Of a stretch of DNA of 64,000 nt, positions 18,101-38,656 are shown in pieces. Where the stretch lies: the NCBI RefSeq assembly GCF_009914755.1, contig NC_060931.1; one strand, 5' to 3'. Every line of letters starts with the position of its first letter. The first letter of the stretch is position 1. The notes below the pieces were generated by a model. That model saw nothing but the letters and a program-made list of their open reading frames with translations, was not told the origin of the DNA and made no database searches. Source of the DNA: the human T2T-CHM13v2.0 reference genome, Homo sapiens. Both the position numbers and the translations under genes were made by a program.

Positions 18101-19458
18101 CCCGTTCCTCACTCCTGGAGACACCCAGGCCACTGGGTTCTGAGCTCCTTGTCTCCAGGGAGTTAAGATGAACATGCTAGAGTCAGCTTGCTTCAAGTCT
18201 CAGCTCTACCATTTGCTAACTTTGGGTAAATCATTCAAGCCTCAGTTTCCTCATCTGTAAAACAAGATTATCAATGTAACTACATCCTACATGGAGTAGG
18301 CAGCAGACTACAAGGGTCTCTCGAGACCAGCAGAGGCAACATAGTCTTGCTCTGTCACCCAGGCTGGAGTGCAGTGGTGCGATTATAGCTCACTGCAGCC
18401 TTGAACTTCTGGGGCTCCAGCGATCCTCCTGCCTTATCCTCCCAAGTAGCTGGGACTACGGGCACATGCTATCACGCCTCACTAACTTTTTAACTTTTTC
18501 ATAGAGATGGGGTCTCGCTCTGTTACCCAGGCTGGTCTCAAACTCCTTGCCTCAAGCATTCCTCTTGCCTCTACCTCCCCAAGCAGTGGGATTACAGGCG
18601 TGAGCCACTGCACCTGGCTAATTTTTAAATTTGTAGCAGAGATGGGTGTCGCACGATGTTGCCCAGGCTGAGTCTATATTTTCATACGGTCATTATTCCC
18701 CATGTTAAACTTAGAGGCAAAGTCTTATTATTATGGTTGTAGTTGAGAAAACCTGGGCTCAGCAATATAATAAGGTTCATCTGAGGTCAGCCAGTTTATA
18801 GCACACCTGAGTTGGGACTGGACCCCACCCCCCCACCCCCCCACCGACCCCCCGCCCTCAACTCTTCTGTCGGGTATAAGGTGCTGCCTACATAATGCAA
18901 AATATCCACAGTAAATTACAGCGAGGTGAGGCTGGAGCTGTAGTCTGCATGACAAAGCAGTCTTTAACACACAAACACACTGCAGTAATCACTGTGTACA
19001 GTATTCCCCTGTGAGAGTTAGTTGGCTTTTAGGTTGAAAATAAGCTGAGTCTCTGAAACAAGAAACATGTCAGATTGCTTTGCCAAAAAGAGATTCACAC
19101 AATTTTTTTTGAGACACTGTCTTGTTCTGTTGCCCAGGCTGAGTGCAGTGATGCAATCATGGCTCACTGCAGCCTCGACCTCCTGGGCTCAAGTGATCCT
19201 CCTGCCTCAGCCTCCTGAGTAGCTGGGACCACAGGCATGCACCACCGCACCTGGCTAATTTTTTATTTTTTGAAGAGATAGAGCCTCACTATGTTGTCCA
19301 GTCTGGTCTCGAATTCTTGGGCTCAAGCAATGCTCCCGTCTCAGCCTCCCAAAGTGCTGGGATTACTGGGATTACAGGCATGAGCCATAGCACCCGGCCT
19401 CAGACACGTAGGACGAAATCTCCAAACTGCTTCTCTATAAAGGACAGAGGGTGACTCA

Positions 19459-19635
<177 letters not shown>

Positions 19636-19642
19636 CTACTCA

Positions 19643-19798
<156 letters not shown>

Positions 19799-20087
19799 TT
19801 ATTTCCACCTTGGGCGTTTATTTCCTTGTTTATTTGTGTTTCTTTTCTCCTCCCCAGAAAGCTGACTTCATGAGACCGAGGATCTCGTTCGTTGATCGAT
19901 GCTACATATTCAGCATGTTAGATAATGAGGTTGGTGAGATTGATGAAATCCCGCCCACCAGGGCCGACCCACAAAGAGCCACTTTATGAAGAACATGCTC
20001 CTGAACTCCACTCCACAACCAGCTTTTGAAAAGAAAAATCTGAAAAAATTTGACCTCAGTTAAACTGGTCCAAATGCCTGAGCATAA

Positions 20088-20543
<456 letters not shown>

Positions 20544-21571
20544 TAGGGTTGCAGGTGTGAGCCATTAGATGTCGTGATTTAAAACAAAAACCTCTTCTGT
20601 GTTTGACACGGGGCCTTTGCACTCGTGCTCTGGCCCTCTGCCGTGGTGCCGCAGTTCTCACTCTGGGATTTTTATTACCTCTGACGTGCCTTCCTGTGGT
20701 GACATCTATAGGCAGCTGCATAAATCATGCCCACAAAGAAGGACAAACCGAGGAGCCTGGAGAAGTCAGGGTTCCTCTGGAAATAAATATTCTGTATTCT
20801 GTTGCACGCACACATATGTGCCCTTTTCTTTTTTTGAGATGGAGTTTTGCTCTTGTTGTCCAGGCTGGAGTGCAATGGCATGATCTTGGCTCACTGTTAT
20901 CTCCTCCTCCTGGGTTCAAGCAATTCTCCTGTGTCAGTCTCCTGAGTAGCTGGGATTACAGGCACCCGCCACCATGCCTGGCTAATTTTTTTTGCATTTT
21001 TAATAGAGATGGGGGTTTCACCATGTTGGCCAGGCTGGTCTCGAACTCCTGACCTCAAGTGATGCACCCACCTCGGCCTCCCAAAGTGCTGGGATTACAG
21101 CCACGATGCTTAGCCCATATTTTCTTATTATCAAAAATCCTAATACTTTATATAGCCTCTAACCCACAATTCCCCTTCCATGAACTTAAAATGTTTACAG
21201 AAATTGTGGAGATCTCCCCTTCTTATGGCCAAGATGGATAACCCTTCTTGCCTTAAATACCTACAACTGTACAAAACATAGGAAACAGCAGTTTCTTTTC
21301 GTTTTTGAGAAGGGTCTTGCTCTGTTGTATAGGCTGGAGTACAGTGGCAAAATCAGGGCTCATTGCAGCCTCAACTTCCCAGGCTCAAGCGATCCTCCCA
21401 CCTCTGCCTCCTGAGTAGCTGGAACTACAGGTGTGAGCCAGCATGGCTGGCTAATTTTTATAATTTTTGTAGAGATGGGGTTTCACCGCATTGCCCAGGC
21501 TGGTCTTGAACTCCTGAGCTCAAGCCATCTGCTCACCTCAGCCTCCCAAAGTACCGGGATTACAGGTGTGA

Positions 21572-21898
<327 letters not shown>

Positions 21899-22264
21899 TG
21901 ACCAATAATTTGGGAATGTGATTTTAAAAAAGCTTTAATTCTTTATATAGCCTCTAACTCACCCTTCCAGGAACTTAAAATGTTTTATTTTTTTCTTGAG
22001 ACAAGGTCTCACTGTGTCACCCAGACTGGAGTGCAGTGGTGCCAACATGGCTCACTGCAGCCTGGATCTCCTGGGCTCAGGCAGTCCTCCCACCTCAGCC
22101 TCCCGAGTAGCTGAGACTATAGGCGCACATTGTCATGCTCGGCTACTTTTAGTATTTTTATTTTCTTGGAGAGATTGGGGTCTTGCTGTGTTGCCCGAGC
22201 TGGGTTCGAACTCCTGGTCTCAAGCAGTCTTCCCCCTTCAGACTCCCAAAATGTTGTAAAAATT

Positions 22265-24080
<1,816 letters not shown>

Positions 24081-24100
24081 TGGGTAAGTATGATGGCTCA

Positions 24101-25011
<911 letters not shown>

Positions 25012-25095
25012 TTAATTATTATTTTTTAGAGACAGGTTCTCGCTCTGTCACCCAGGCTGGAGTGCAGCGGTACAACTATCTCACTGCAGTCATGA

Positions 25096-25772
<677 letters not shown>

Positions 25773-26089
25773 TGAATCTCATGGGGATGTCTGCCCAATA
25801 CAAGGAGACCCCCCCCACAAAGAGAACCCACATCATGGACAAGTGAAGACAGATAAAAATATGGGACCCTGGAGCGAGAGATGCCAGCTCTCTCATTATG
25901 TGGGGTTTAGTTGCAATTTCTCCTTAATTAACTCACTTAAGTCTTCATTAAATGTTGCCTCCAGCTCATCCGTAAGTTGAGACGGAGCCGCTCACATTTC
26001 TTGTTCATGAAAAAATCAGCGTCCTATAGCATTTTGTTTCTTTTCTGCTATAGCATTTCACACATGCCTAAGCAGTTTGGGGCTCTCCG

Positions 26090-26620
26090 TATGTGTGTGT
26101 GTGTATATATATATGCATATATATATATATATCATTAGGTATATATACGTGTATATATACGTATATATATATTACGTATATATGCGTGTATATATACGTG
26201 TATGTATATTATTACGTATATATACGTGTATATATACGTGTGTATATATATTACGTATATATACGTGTATATATACGTGTGTATATATATTACGTATATA
26301 TACGTGTATATATACGTGTGTATATATATTACGTATATATACGTGTATATATACGTGTGTATATATATTACGTATATATACGTGTATATATACGTGTGTA
26401 TATATATTACGTATATATACGTGTATATATACGTGTATATATATTATTACGTATATATACGTGTATATATACGTGTATATATTCACGTATATATACACAT
26501 ATATACGTATATATATATTCGTATATATACGTGTATATATACATATATATACACACATACACACATACATATATATACACACACACATATATACACATAC
26601 ATATACATATACATATATAT
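26090..26620. repeat. TA/CA-rich tract containing a 39-bp minisatellite (TTACGTATATATACGTGTATATATACGTGTGTATATATA)
   Basis: TTACGT anchors at 26172, 26212, 26251, 26290, 26329, 26368, 26407, 26447; the ORF track shows a matching 13-aa period. Confidence 0.95.
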
Positions 26621-26871
26621 ATTTATTTATTTATTGTTGTTCCTGCTGAAAAAGTGAAACATTGATTTAGTGACCACAGAGTTGGCCAGAGAGCAAAAAC
26701 AGCAAGAACAGGTTTTGGGTGAAAACTGCTGGAGAACTTCTTGGCAAGAAGTCCTCAAATGGGGTAGCCTGGAGGTGGCTCGCTAATGCTGACACCAAAT
26801 GTGTGTGCCACAGGTGGTGGTGGTTATAGTTGTTGCTGGTTTTTAGCAGGATGGGAGGGAGATGTGCTTTA

Positions 26872-27324
<453 letters not shown>

Positions 27325-27450
27325 TCAGTACTTGGGTAATGCATTTCTTATTCAGAGGAAAGTGAGTTTAGCAGGGAAGGAGGGTTCCAGTTCCTCTCTC
27401 ACCAGTGCTTGGCATGGGTCAGCCCTCCTCATTTTGGACATTTTCATTAA

Positions 27451-27636
<186 letters not shown>

Positions 27637-27656
27637 TAATTTAAAAAAATTTTTTT

Positions 27657-27810
27657 AGAGACAGGGTCTTGCTATGTTACCCAGGCTAGAGTACAGTGGC
27701 TGTTCACAGGCACGAACATTGCACACTACAGCCTCAAACTCCTGAGCTCAAGTGATCCTCCTGCGTCAGCCTCCTGAGTGGGTGGAACTGCAGGCGTGTG
27801 CCCCTGGGCC
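27657..27810 (-). mobile_element. FAM-type (7SL-derived) Alu monomer
   Basis: Retains the 7SL-like CAGTGGCTGTTCACAGGC segment absent from dimeric Alus. Confidence 0.6.
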
Positions 27811-27936
27811 CTCACAGTGGCTTTAATCTGCATTCTCTAATGATGAATAACGTTAAGCATCTTTTCATGTGCTCGTTTGCCATCCATACTGAAAGTTCGT
27901 TTTAAAGACAGGATCCATACACCAGCATGTTTGTAT

Positions 27937-29126
27937 TGTGAAAGAAGGTAAATTCTCAGGACCCCAAACTCACTATGCCAAAGAGAAAGTCAAGCTTGGA
28001 AACTGAGTCATGCAATACTGCCTTCCCTTTTGTTCCCAAATGGAGAGCTGTATTTTCATAACCCCATGTTCTAGCCTCATGCATAAGCCAGGTGCCCACC
28101 AAGACAGAACGTTACGTATCTTCCCAGATGGCTCCCTCACAAGTTGCTCACAAAGTGAGCCCCTAATTCTTTCAGGATACATCTCCCCCTATAAACTAGC
28201 CCTAAAAGCAAGTTCTGTTAAATCTCACACTGACAATGTCGATTACCAGCTTATTTTCACATGGATAGGACAAGGACAAGATCGTAAATCATCCTTCCAC
28301 CTACCCTGAGATAAATGCAGCATGGCCCTATTCCCCTACTCCCTCTTTTCATGTTTACTTTATGTTATGTAAAATGCAGATTTACTGAGCTCAAGATGAA
28401 TGCAGCATAAACTCTTTACTCCCTCTTTTCACGTTTATCTTATGTAAAATGTGGATTCACTGGGCTTAGGATGAATGCATCACAGACTCTACTCCTTTTC
28501 AAGTTTACTTTATCTTGCGTAAAATGTAGATCTACTGAGCTCAAGATGAATGCATCATGGACTCCTCTACTCTTTTCACATGTTTATCCTATGTAAAATG
28601 TGGATTTACTGAGCTCAAGATGAATGCATCATGGACTCTTTACTCCCTCTTTTCATGTTTATCTTATGTAAAATGTAGATTTACTGGGCTTGAGATGAAT
28701 GCAACATGGACTCCTCTACTCCCTCTTTTCATACGTTTATCTTATGTAAAATGTAGATTTACTGAGCTCAAGATGAATGCATCATGGACTCTTTACTCCT
28801 TTTTTCACATATTTACTTTACCTTATGTAAAATGTAGATTTCCTGAGCTGGAGAGGAATGCCTCATTGACATGTAAAATGTAGATTTATTGATCGCTAAT
28901 CAGAGCCTTGGGAGAATGGGACCATTTGCCTCTCTGCCTACCCTCCCTTCCTTTATCCCTCCTGCTTGCTCTTTCCCCTTTAAATAGTGAAGTTCCCAAA
29001 CCCTCTTTGGAAACTCACAGGTCACAGATGCTCCTGTGGCTGATGTTCCTCCCGGGCGTGTCCTCAAACTGCTGCATCAACCTCAGTCAATGGGGACTCA
29101 TGACTCATTCCCTTTTTCGGTTAATA
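27937..29126 (+). mobile_element. ERV1 MER4-group solo LTR with internal ~75-bp tandem expansion
   Basis: Starts TGTGAAAG...GGACCCCAAACTCACTATGCCAAAG...AAAGTCAAGCT; ends TTTTCGGTTAATA; approximate 4-bp TSD (gtat/ttat). Subfamily not resolved. Confidence 0.75.
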
Positions 29127-29263
29127 TTATGTTAATGGGAAAGATCTATTAGGGAGAGAGAAATTGATGGCACAGGAGAGGGAAGAGGGAGTACGTGGAG
29201 TGACGTGCTTGAGAGGGTGGCAGGAATGGAATCCAGTTTAGATGGCTGAGGGGCTGGCTTTAG

Positions 29264-29563
<300 letters not shown>

Positions 29564-30117
29564 TGAGCCACTGTACCCGGCCTGATGGTTCATGTTATAG
29601 CTAAGGCAGGAAGGCAGAGTGAGTGGATGCAGAGGCTGGGAGAGGGCCGATGTTGTCTAGGGAACCTGGGGACACTCTCCTCTGGTCGTTAGTATTTTCT
29701 CAGTTAAGGAGAAGGCAAGGTCATCTGCTGAGGATGAAGACATGTTGGGGTTTGAGAAGGAGATCAGGAATGCAAGAATGATCTGGGGAACAAGGGGGGC
29801 AAAGAGGGGGCCAGGTGCTGTGGCTCACACCTGAAATCCCGGCACTTTAGGAGGCTGAGGCAGGAGGGTCGCTTGAGCCCATGAGTGCAAGACCAGCCTG
29901 GGCAACATGATGAGATCCCGTCTCTACAAAAAATAAAGCATTAGCCAGGCATGGTGGTGCATGCCTGTGGTCCCAGCTCCTGGTTGGGGGGGATGCTATG
30001 GTAGGGGAAATCACTTGAGCCCAGGAGGTTGAGGCTGCGGTGAGCTGTGATCGCACCACTGCACTCCAGCCTGGGTGACAGGGGGAGACCTTGTCTCAAA
30101 AAAAAAAAAAAAGGAAG

Positions 30118-31274
<1,157 letters not shown>

Positions 31275-31323
31275 TATGGTGGCCATCCCATTCCCATAGC
31301 TTGTCAGCCAAGGTGTTTTTTTA

Positions 31324-31408
31324 TTAGGCTGGTGCAAAAGTTATAATTGCAAAATTATATTACAGTTGCAATAATGCAAAAACCACAATAACTTTTGCAC
31401 CAACCTAA
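31324..31408. mobile_element. MADE1 (Hsmar1-derived MITE)
   Basis: TIRs TTAGGCTGGTGCAAAAGT ... ACTTTTGCACCAACCTAA, ~85 bp. Confidence 0.85.
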
Positions 31409-32074
31409 TTAATGAACATGAATCACCTCTAGCGATGGGAGAACACTAAATTCAGGAAATGAAACATGCTCAGCTGCGACCTGGAAGTCCCAGAGAACTG
31501 TCCTGGGCTTGGGCAACACATACCCTGTGCATTTAGAGACAGTGAGTTTAACTGTGCATTTAATACATAGGTAACAACAATACTGAAATCTTTTGTTCTT
31601 TTATTCATTTTCGGAAAAGAAAATGCATATACACATCTAGATGTAGGTCAAATATGCCGCACTCTTGATAATAACAGAGTTGTCTTCATTTGGATAAAGA
31701 TTTTAATCACTTCAGTCCCATAATTTCAGGGCAGTTTAAGGGCTATTCATGAATAGCATAGGTATTTGTACAAAAGTCCAGTATTTTTCTGCTGGGTGCA
31801 CTGGCTCGTGCCTGCAATCCTAGTGTCTGGGGAGGCTGAAGGAGGAGGATTACTTGAGGCTAGGAGCTGAACACCAGCCTGGGCAACATAGCAAAACCCC
31901 AGTCTCTACAAAAAAAAAAAATTTAATTAGCTGGTTCTGGTGGTGTGTGCCTGTAGTCCCAGGTACTTTAGAGGTTGAGGTGAGAAGGAGCCATTGAGCC
32001 CAGGAGTTCAAGGTGACACTGAGCTATGAGTGTGCCACTGCACTCCAGCCTGGGCAACAGAGTGAGATGAAGGA

Positions 32075-32270
32075 CAGAAGGAAGGAGTGGGGGGGAGAGG
32101 GAGGGAGGAAAGGAGGAAGGGAGGGAGGAAAGGAGGAAGAGAGGAAGGAAAGAAGGAAGGGGGGGAGAGAAGGAGGGAGGGGGAAGACAAGGAGGGAAGA
32201 AGGAAGGGAGGGAGGGAGGGAAGAAGAAAGAAAAGGAAGTTAGGAAAGGAGGGAGGGAGGGAAGGAAGGA
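32075..32270 (+). repeat. Polypurine (GGAA/GGGA)n low-complexity tract at an Alu tail
   Basis: ~200 bp almost entirely G/A directly after an Alu 3' end. Confidence 0.9.
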
Positions 32271-32894
32271 TGTTGAATTTCCTGCCTCCTTGATAGGATG
32301 GGAGGGATTGGAGTGAAAATTTCGTTGACTTATTATATTAAAAAACCAAATGTGTTGTTTGATTTTCTGACATCTGACCTGTGTACTGAGAATTTAAACT
32401 CACTCAACTCCCAGTAATAACTGCTAAAACCATTTGGGTGAATTTCTCTGTAGTCTTTTACTGATATGTGGTGGATACATATTGTGTCAATTTAGCAAAA
32501 CTGGGACTGCATTTCCTAAATTTCCCCTCCCTGTCTAGTTCCAGTTTATTGTGAGCAAGAAGACATATCTGTGGAGGGTGGAGGTTGGCACTGGTTACCA
32601 TGTAACCCGCTCCCACAATTGTGTAAGGTCCAGTCCCTATAACCGCCGTCCTGTGTCTATAAATATATATTTTCCAATTTACAAAATACATTTAACGTAG
32701 TGCCTGTTTCACTTTACAATATGTGGTGGATATTTTTCCATATCATTAAGTAGACTTGTAGACTATCCTTTTATTTTTTATGGCCCATCAATTAACAAAT
32801 CCCTGCACATTGGACGTTGAGGTGATTTCCAATTGCTAAGAGAAGCAAAATCTTTGTGTCCATCCACAATAGTTTGTTTGTTCATTTTCCTTGC

Positions 32895-33870
32895 AGTTCT
32901 TTAAAAAAAATTCCTCCTTGCCTTCTGGCCTGCATTGTTTCTGATCAGAAGTCTGATGTCACTCGGTGCAGTGGCGTGCACCTGTAATCCCACCTACTCA
33001 GGAGGATCGCTTGGGCCCAGGAGTTCAAGACAAGCCTGGGCAACATAGCAAGACCCCATCTCAAAAAAAAAGAAGAGAAGTCTGATGTCAATCTTTTCTT
33101 TGTTCCTCTGAACATATTGTGTCTCTTTTTTCTGGCTGCCTTTATGACCTTCATCTTCTCTTTATCACTGGTTTTAAACAATTTTATAATAATGCGCCCT
33201 TTATACGTGTTGGCTCTTCCTCCTCCTCCTTTTTCCTCCTCTTATTTTTTCTGGAGGTTCATTGAGCTTCTTGAGCCTGCTTTCATCCAATGTGGAAAAT
33301 TTTCTGCCATTATTTCTTCAAATATTTTTCTGGTCCCTCCTCTTTCTCCTTTTCTCTGAGACTCCAATTACATGTATATTAGGCCACTTGAAGTTGTCCA
33401 GTAGCTCACTGATGTCTGGTTTTATTTCTTCCAGAATTGTTTCTCTCTGTGTTTCAGCTTGTATCTTTTCTATTGTGATGTGGGGGTGTTTGGGAGGGGA
33501 CTGGTTCTGTTTTGGGGGGTTGTTTTTTCTAAGATGGGGTCTTGCTATGTTGCCCAGGCTGGAGTGCAGTGGCACAATCTTGGTTCACTGCAGCCTTGAC
33601 CTCCTGGGCCCAGGTGATCCTCCCCGGTAGCTGGGACCACCACACCTGGCTACTTTTTAAAATTTTTTTGTAGAGATGGGGTTCCACCATGTTGTCCAGG
33701 CTGGTCTCAAACTCCTGAGCTCTAGTGATCCACCCACCTCAGCCTCCCCAAGTTCTGGGATTACAGGAGTGAGCCACCGCACCCGGCATCTTTTCCATTG
33801 CTATGTTTTCAAACTCATTACTCTTTTTTTCTTCGGTGTCTAATTTGCTAATCCCATCCAGTGTATTTTT
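32895..33870 (-). mobile_element. Old L1M ORF1-region fragment, antisense, interrupted by FLAM/Alu
   Basis: CTTCTGGCCTGCATTGTTTCTGATCAGAAGTCTG, GGAAAATTTTCTGCCATTATTTCTTCAAATATTTTT and GAGACTCCAATTACATGTATATTAGGCCACTTG are typical antisense L1M motifs. Confidence 0.7.
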
Positions 33871-33879
33871 CTTCTCTAG

Positions 33880-34275
<396 letters not shown>

Positions 34276-34374
34276 TAAAGGGATTTTGCCATCAGTTTCA
34301 CTGAGTAATTTAGAGCAAGTGTCTAAGAGTGAGGGGGAAAAAAGACATAGCCAGTAGTCTCTCAGATAATTTTA

Positions 34375-34920
<546 letters not shown>

Positions 34921-35047
34921 TCAGGAATAAAAGAGAGAAGAGAGGAACTCAGGAAGCATGAGTGTTCCCCACGAGGGGGTGCCAGGCCCTCCTAGACACA
35001 CCTGTGAACATACCCCTTCCCCAAGGCCATTGGCAGCTGGAGTCTTA

Positions 35048-35239
<192 letters not shown>

Positions 35240-36662
35240 TCAGGAGGGTGAGACAGAAGAATCACTTGAACCCAGGAGGTGGAGGTTGCAGTGAGCCGAG
35301 ATGGCACCACTGCACTCCAGCCATGGCAACAGAGATTCCATCTAAAAAAGAAAATTTAAAAATTTAAAAAATATATTTCCTGCAGCACTGTATCCTCCCC
35401 TATGATCTCATTCCCACCTGCACCCTTCTCCAGTCCCCTCCTACCTGCTCCCACCTGCGTTACCCCAGAACAGCTTCTTCTGCACTACCCAGCAACAACT
35501 CACCGCCCTGCCCATAATCCGCACGTGCTTGCCCTGGCAGCCTCATCCTAACCTCTCGGAAGCACTCAACTTGCCGGGTCCATCCTTCCTTCTTGAAGCA
35601 TTCATACCCTTGCTCCCGCCCCTGACATTGGCTGACCCAGGACAAGAGCACAGAGGCCCACGCGCCACGTGTGTGAATTGCAAGTGAAACTGACAAGCGG
35701 TTAAATACAGTATGTTTGCGCCATCCTCCAGCCTTGACAAGAGTATTCTCATAGCAACAAAACCATAGCTGTGACATCTTTGCTTTGTTTTCTTCGTTAT
35801 TATATATTTTGGGCAGAGGAGTAGGCTGACATTTGCAGAATCATTTTTTATTTTATTTTATTTTATTATTTTATAATAAATAATAAAAGCTCTGTCACCC
35901 AGGCTGGAGTGCAGTGGTATGATCATGGCTCACTGCAGCCTTGATCTCCCAGGCTGAAGCCATCCATCCTCCCACCTCAGGCTCCTGAATAGCTGGGACC
36001 ACAGGCTCGTACCACCCCGCCTGGCTAATTTTTAAATTTTTTTGTAGCGATAGAGTCCCACTATGTTGCCCAATCTGGTCTCAAACCCCTGGGCTCAAGC
36101 CATCCTCCCTGCCTCAGCCTCCCAAAGTGCCAGGATTACAGGCGTGAGCCACTGCCCTCAGCCTTTGCAGAATTCTTTATGCATTCTCATAGCATCCTGT
36201 CCATTGGCTGGGGCCAGAACAAGTCCTTATTCATAATTTCTTCTCACTGGGGTTCTGTGCTCTGTGTCTTACAAAATAAGCCATTACTCCAGGCCGTGTA
36301 GGAAAAGCAGGGAACCAGAGATTTCAGCACACATCTGAAGGCTGGTACATTCTGGCCATCTAATCTCTGAAATGTAGTTTATCTTCATCTGTAAAATAGG
36401 AGCATCAATAGCTGCCTTAATGTTCTGAGCAGTGAGGTATCTTGTGGAAAATGTTTGCTGCTTTGCTGAGTACAGAAGTGCTTGACATGTCAGCACAGAG
36501 GTTTAACACATGTTAGCATAAGTATGCAGTCTTGGCCAATGTTTAATCTGGGCACCCCATGGCCCACTCAAATTGACATACAAAATTAACTGTCACAACT
36601 ACCACATGAAATTCTTGTAAATATCACGCTAATTGATGAGTATCTTTTTTTTTTTAGACTGA

Positions 36663-36937
<275 letters not shown>

Positions 36938-37503
36938 CTACAAAAAATAAAATAAATTAGCTGGGTATGGCGGCGTGTGCCCATAGTCACAGCTACTTGG
37001 GAGGCTGAGGTGGGAGGATCACTTGAGCCCAGGAGGCAGAGGCTGCAGTGAGCCATGATTGAACCACAGCACTCAAGCCTGGGTGACAGAGTGAGTCCTT
37101 GTCTCAAAAAAAAAAAAAAAAATTAAAGAGGTAGGGGTCTCACTCTGTTGCCTAGGCTGGTCTTAAACTCCTGGCTTCAAGGCAAACCTCCCAAAGTGCT
37201 GAGATTATAGGCTTGAGCCATCTCACCCTGCCTGACCTGGGATATCTCTCCCTTTTTCATCACGGGGATAATAATATTTCAGAGTTGTTGCCATGGTTAA
37301 ATGACACGACATCATATTCGTGAACTGGGCAATGTTGCACACACCTGTTGTGAGCAGGGCAGGCTTCATGGGTGTGAGACCTGTAGTCTTCAGGGTCCTG
37401 CACTTAGAAAGCCTGCACACTTGATTGCATCCACTGAGGCCCCCATAGTGAAATTCTTTGAACAAGAGGACTTGGATTTCCTTTTTTCTTTCTTTTTTTT
37501 TTT

Positions 37504-37801
37504 AGGGGTGGGGTCTTACTATGTTGCCCAGGCTGGAGTGCAGTGGCTATTCACAAGCATAATCCCACTACTGATCAGCACAGGAGTTTTGACTTGCTCC
37601 GTTGCCAGCCTGGGCTGGTTCACCCTCCTTAGGCAACCTGATGGTTCCCTGCACCCAGGAGGTCACCATATTGATGCCAAACTTAGTGGAGACACCCAAT
37701 CGGCAGAGCGCCCTGCTGCCCAGAGCTCCCGGGTTCAAGCAATCCTCCTGCCTCGGCCTCCCGAGTAGCTGGAACTACAGACACCAGCCACTGCGCCCGG
37801 C
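37504..37801 (-). pseudogene. Full-length 7SL (SRP RNA) retrocopy
   Basis: 298 bp including the 7SL-specific S domain (CCCACTACTGATCAGCAC, GGAGGTCACCATATTGATGCC), poly(T) at 37482-37503, TSD AGGACTTG(G/C)ATTT at 37467-37479 and 37802-37814. Confidence 0.93.
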
Positions 37802-38392
37802 AGGACTTGCATTTTCACTGCGTACCGGAGCCCACAGATTACGGCGCCAGCGGTAATTAGGGGACTTGTGCCATTTCCACACCTATCGTAGGTCACAAGG
37901 GATGCATTTTGCCCTGGCCCGTGGGTAATCAAAGCTGTAAACCCAGGAGAGGTCAGCTCTTATAGACGGGGTCTGTGTGTTCCTGGGGATCCCCCATCCT
38001 TGTTATTCATTCATTTCATCGGGAAACACACAAGCTGTCCTTTTCACGCAGCCCTAAGACACTTCACGGTCTTCATTTGTAAACAGCAGTCACTTCGTCT
38101 CACGAAGGAGCTTGTCCCAAACCCCTGTGTGTAAACTTATTTAACCAATTATTGCTCAGTCTGTGAGTGGGAAAGGAAATCCACTTGTAGAGAAGTATCT
38201 CATTTATAAATAAACATTCTTGTAACTCTGGATCCCACCCCATCCCCCACGTCACCACACAGAGACAGCTGGATGCAGAAACTCAGATTCAGAGAGCCAG
38301 TTCATTCAATGCACAAATGTGTTCATTGAATAGTTACCCGGTGACAAGGAATGTGCCAATGAAAGACCGAAGATAAAAATGGATGATGGGGC

Positions 38393-38656
38393 AAGATGTG
38401 CTTTGTTACACAGATGCTAGAAGGCAGCATGCGCGTTAAGAGTCATCACCACTCCCTAATCTCAAGTACCCAGGGACACAAACACTGCCGAAGGCCGCAG
38501 GGTCCTCTGCCTAGGAAAACCAGAGACCTTTGTTCACGTGTTTATCTGCTGACCTTCTCTCCACTATTATCCTATGACCCTGCCACATCCCCCTCTCCGA
38601 GAAACACCCAAGAATGATCAATAAATACTGAAAATAATAATAATTAAAATGTGAAA
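38393..38656 (+). mobile_element. 5'-truncated SVA (SINE-R 3' end only)
   Basis: GTTAAGAGTCATCACCACTCCCTAATCTCAAGTACCCAGGGACACAAACAC...GAGAAACACCCAAGAATGATCAATAAA; A-rich tail; 18-bp TSD AAAAATGGATGATGGGGC at 38375-38392 and 38657-38674. Confidence 0.93.

Noticed and set aside
26077-26665. Overlapping 138-190 aa Tyr/Ile/Val-rich ORFs
   Set aside because: Artefact of a stop-poor TA/CG minisatellite.
28305-28885. CRISPR-like regular repeats (also 59478-59720)
   Set aside because: Contiguous tandem units with no unique spacers and no cas genes, in eukaryotic DNA.
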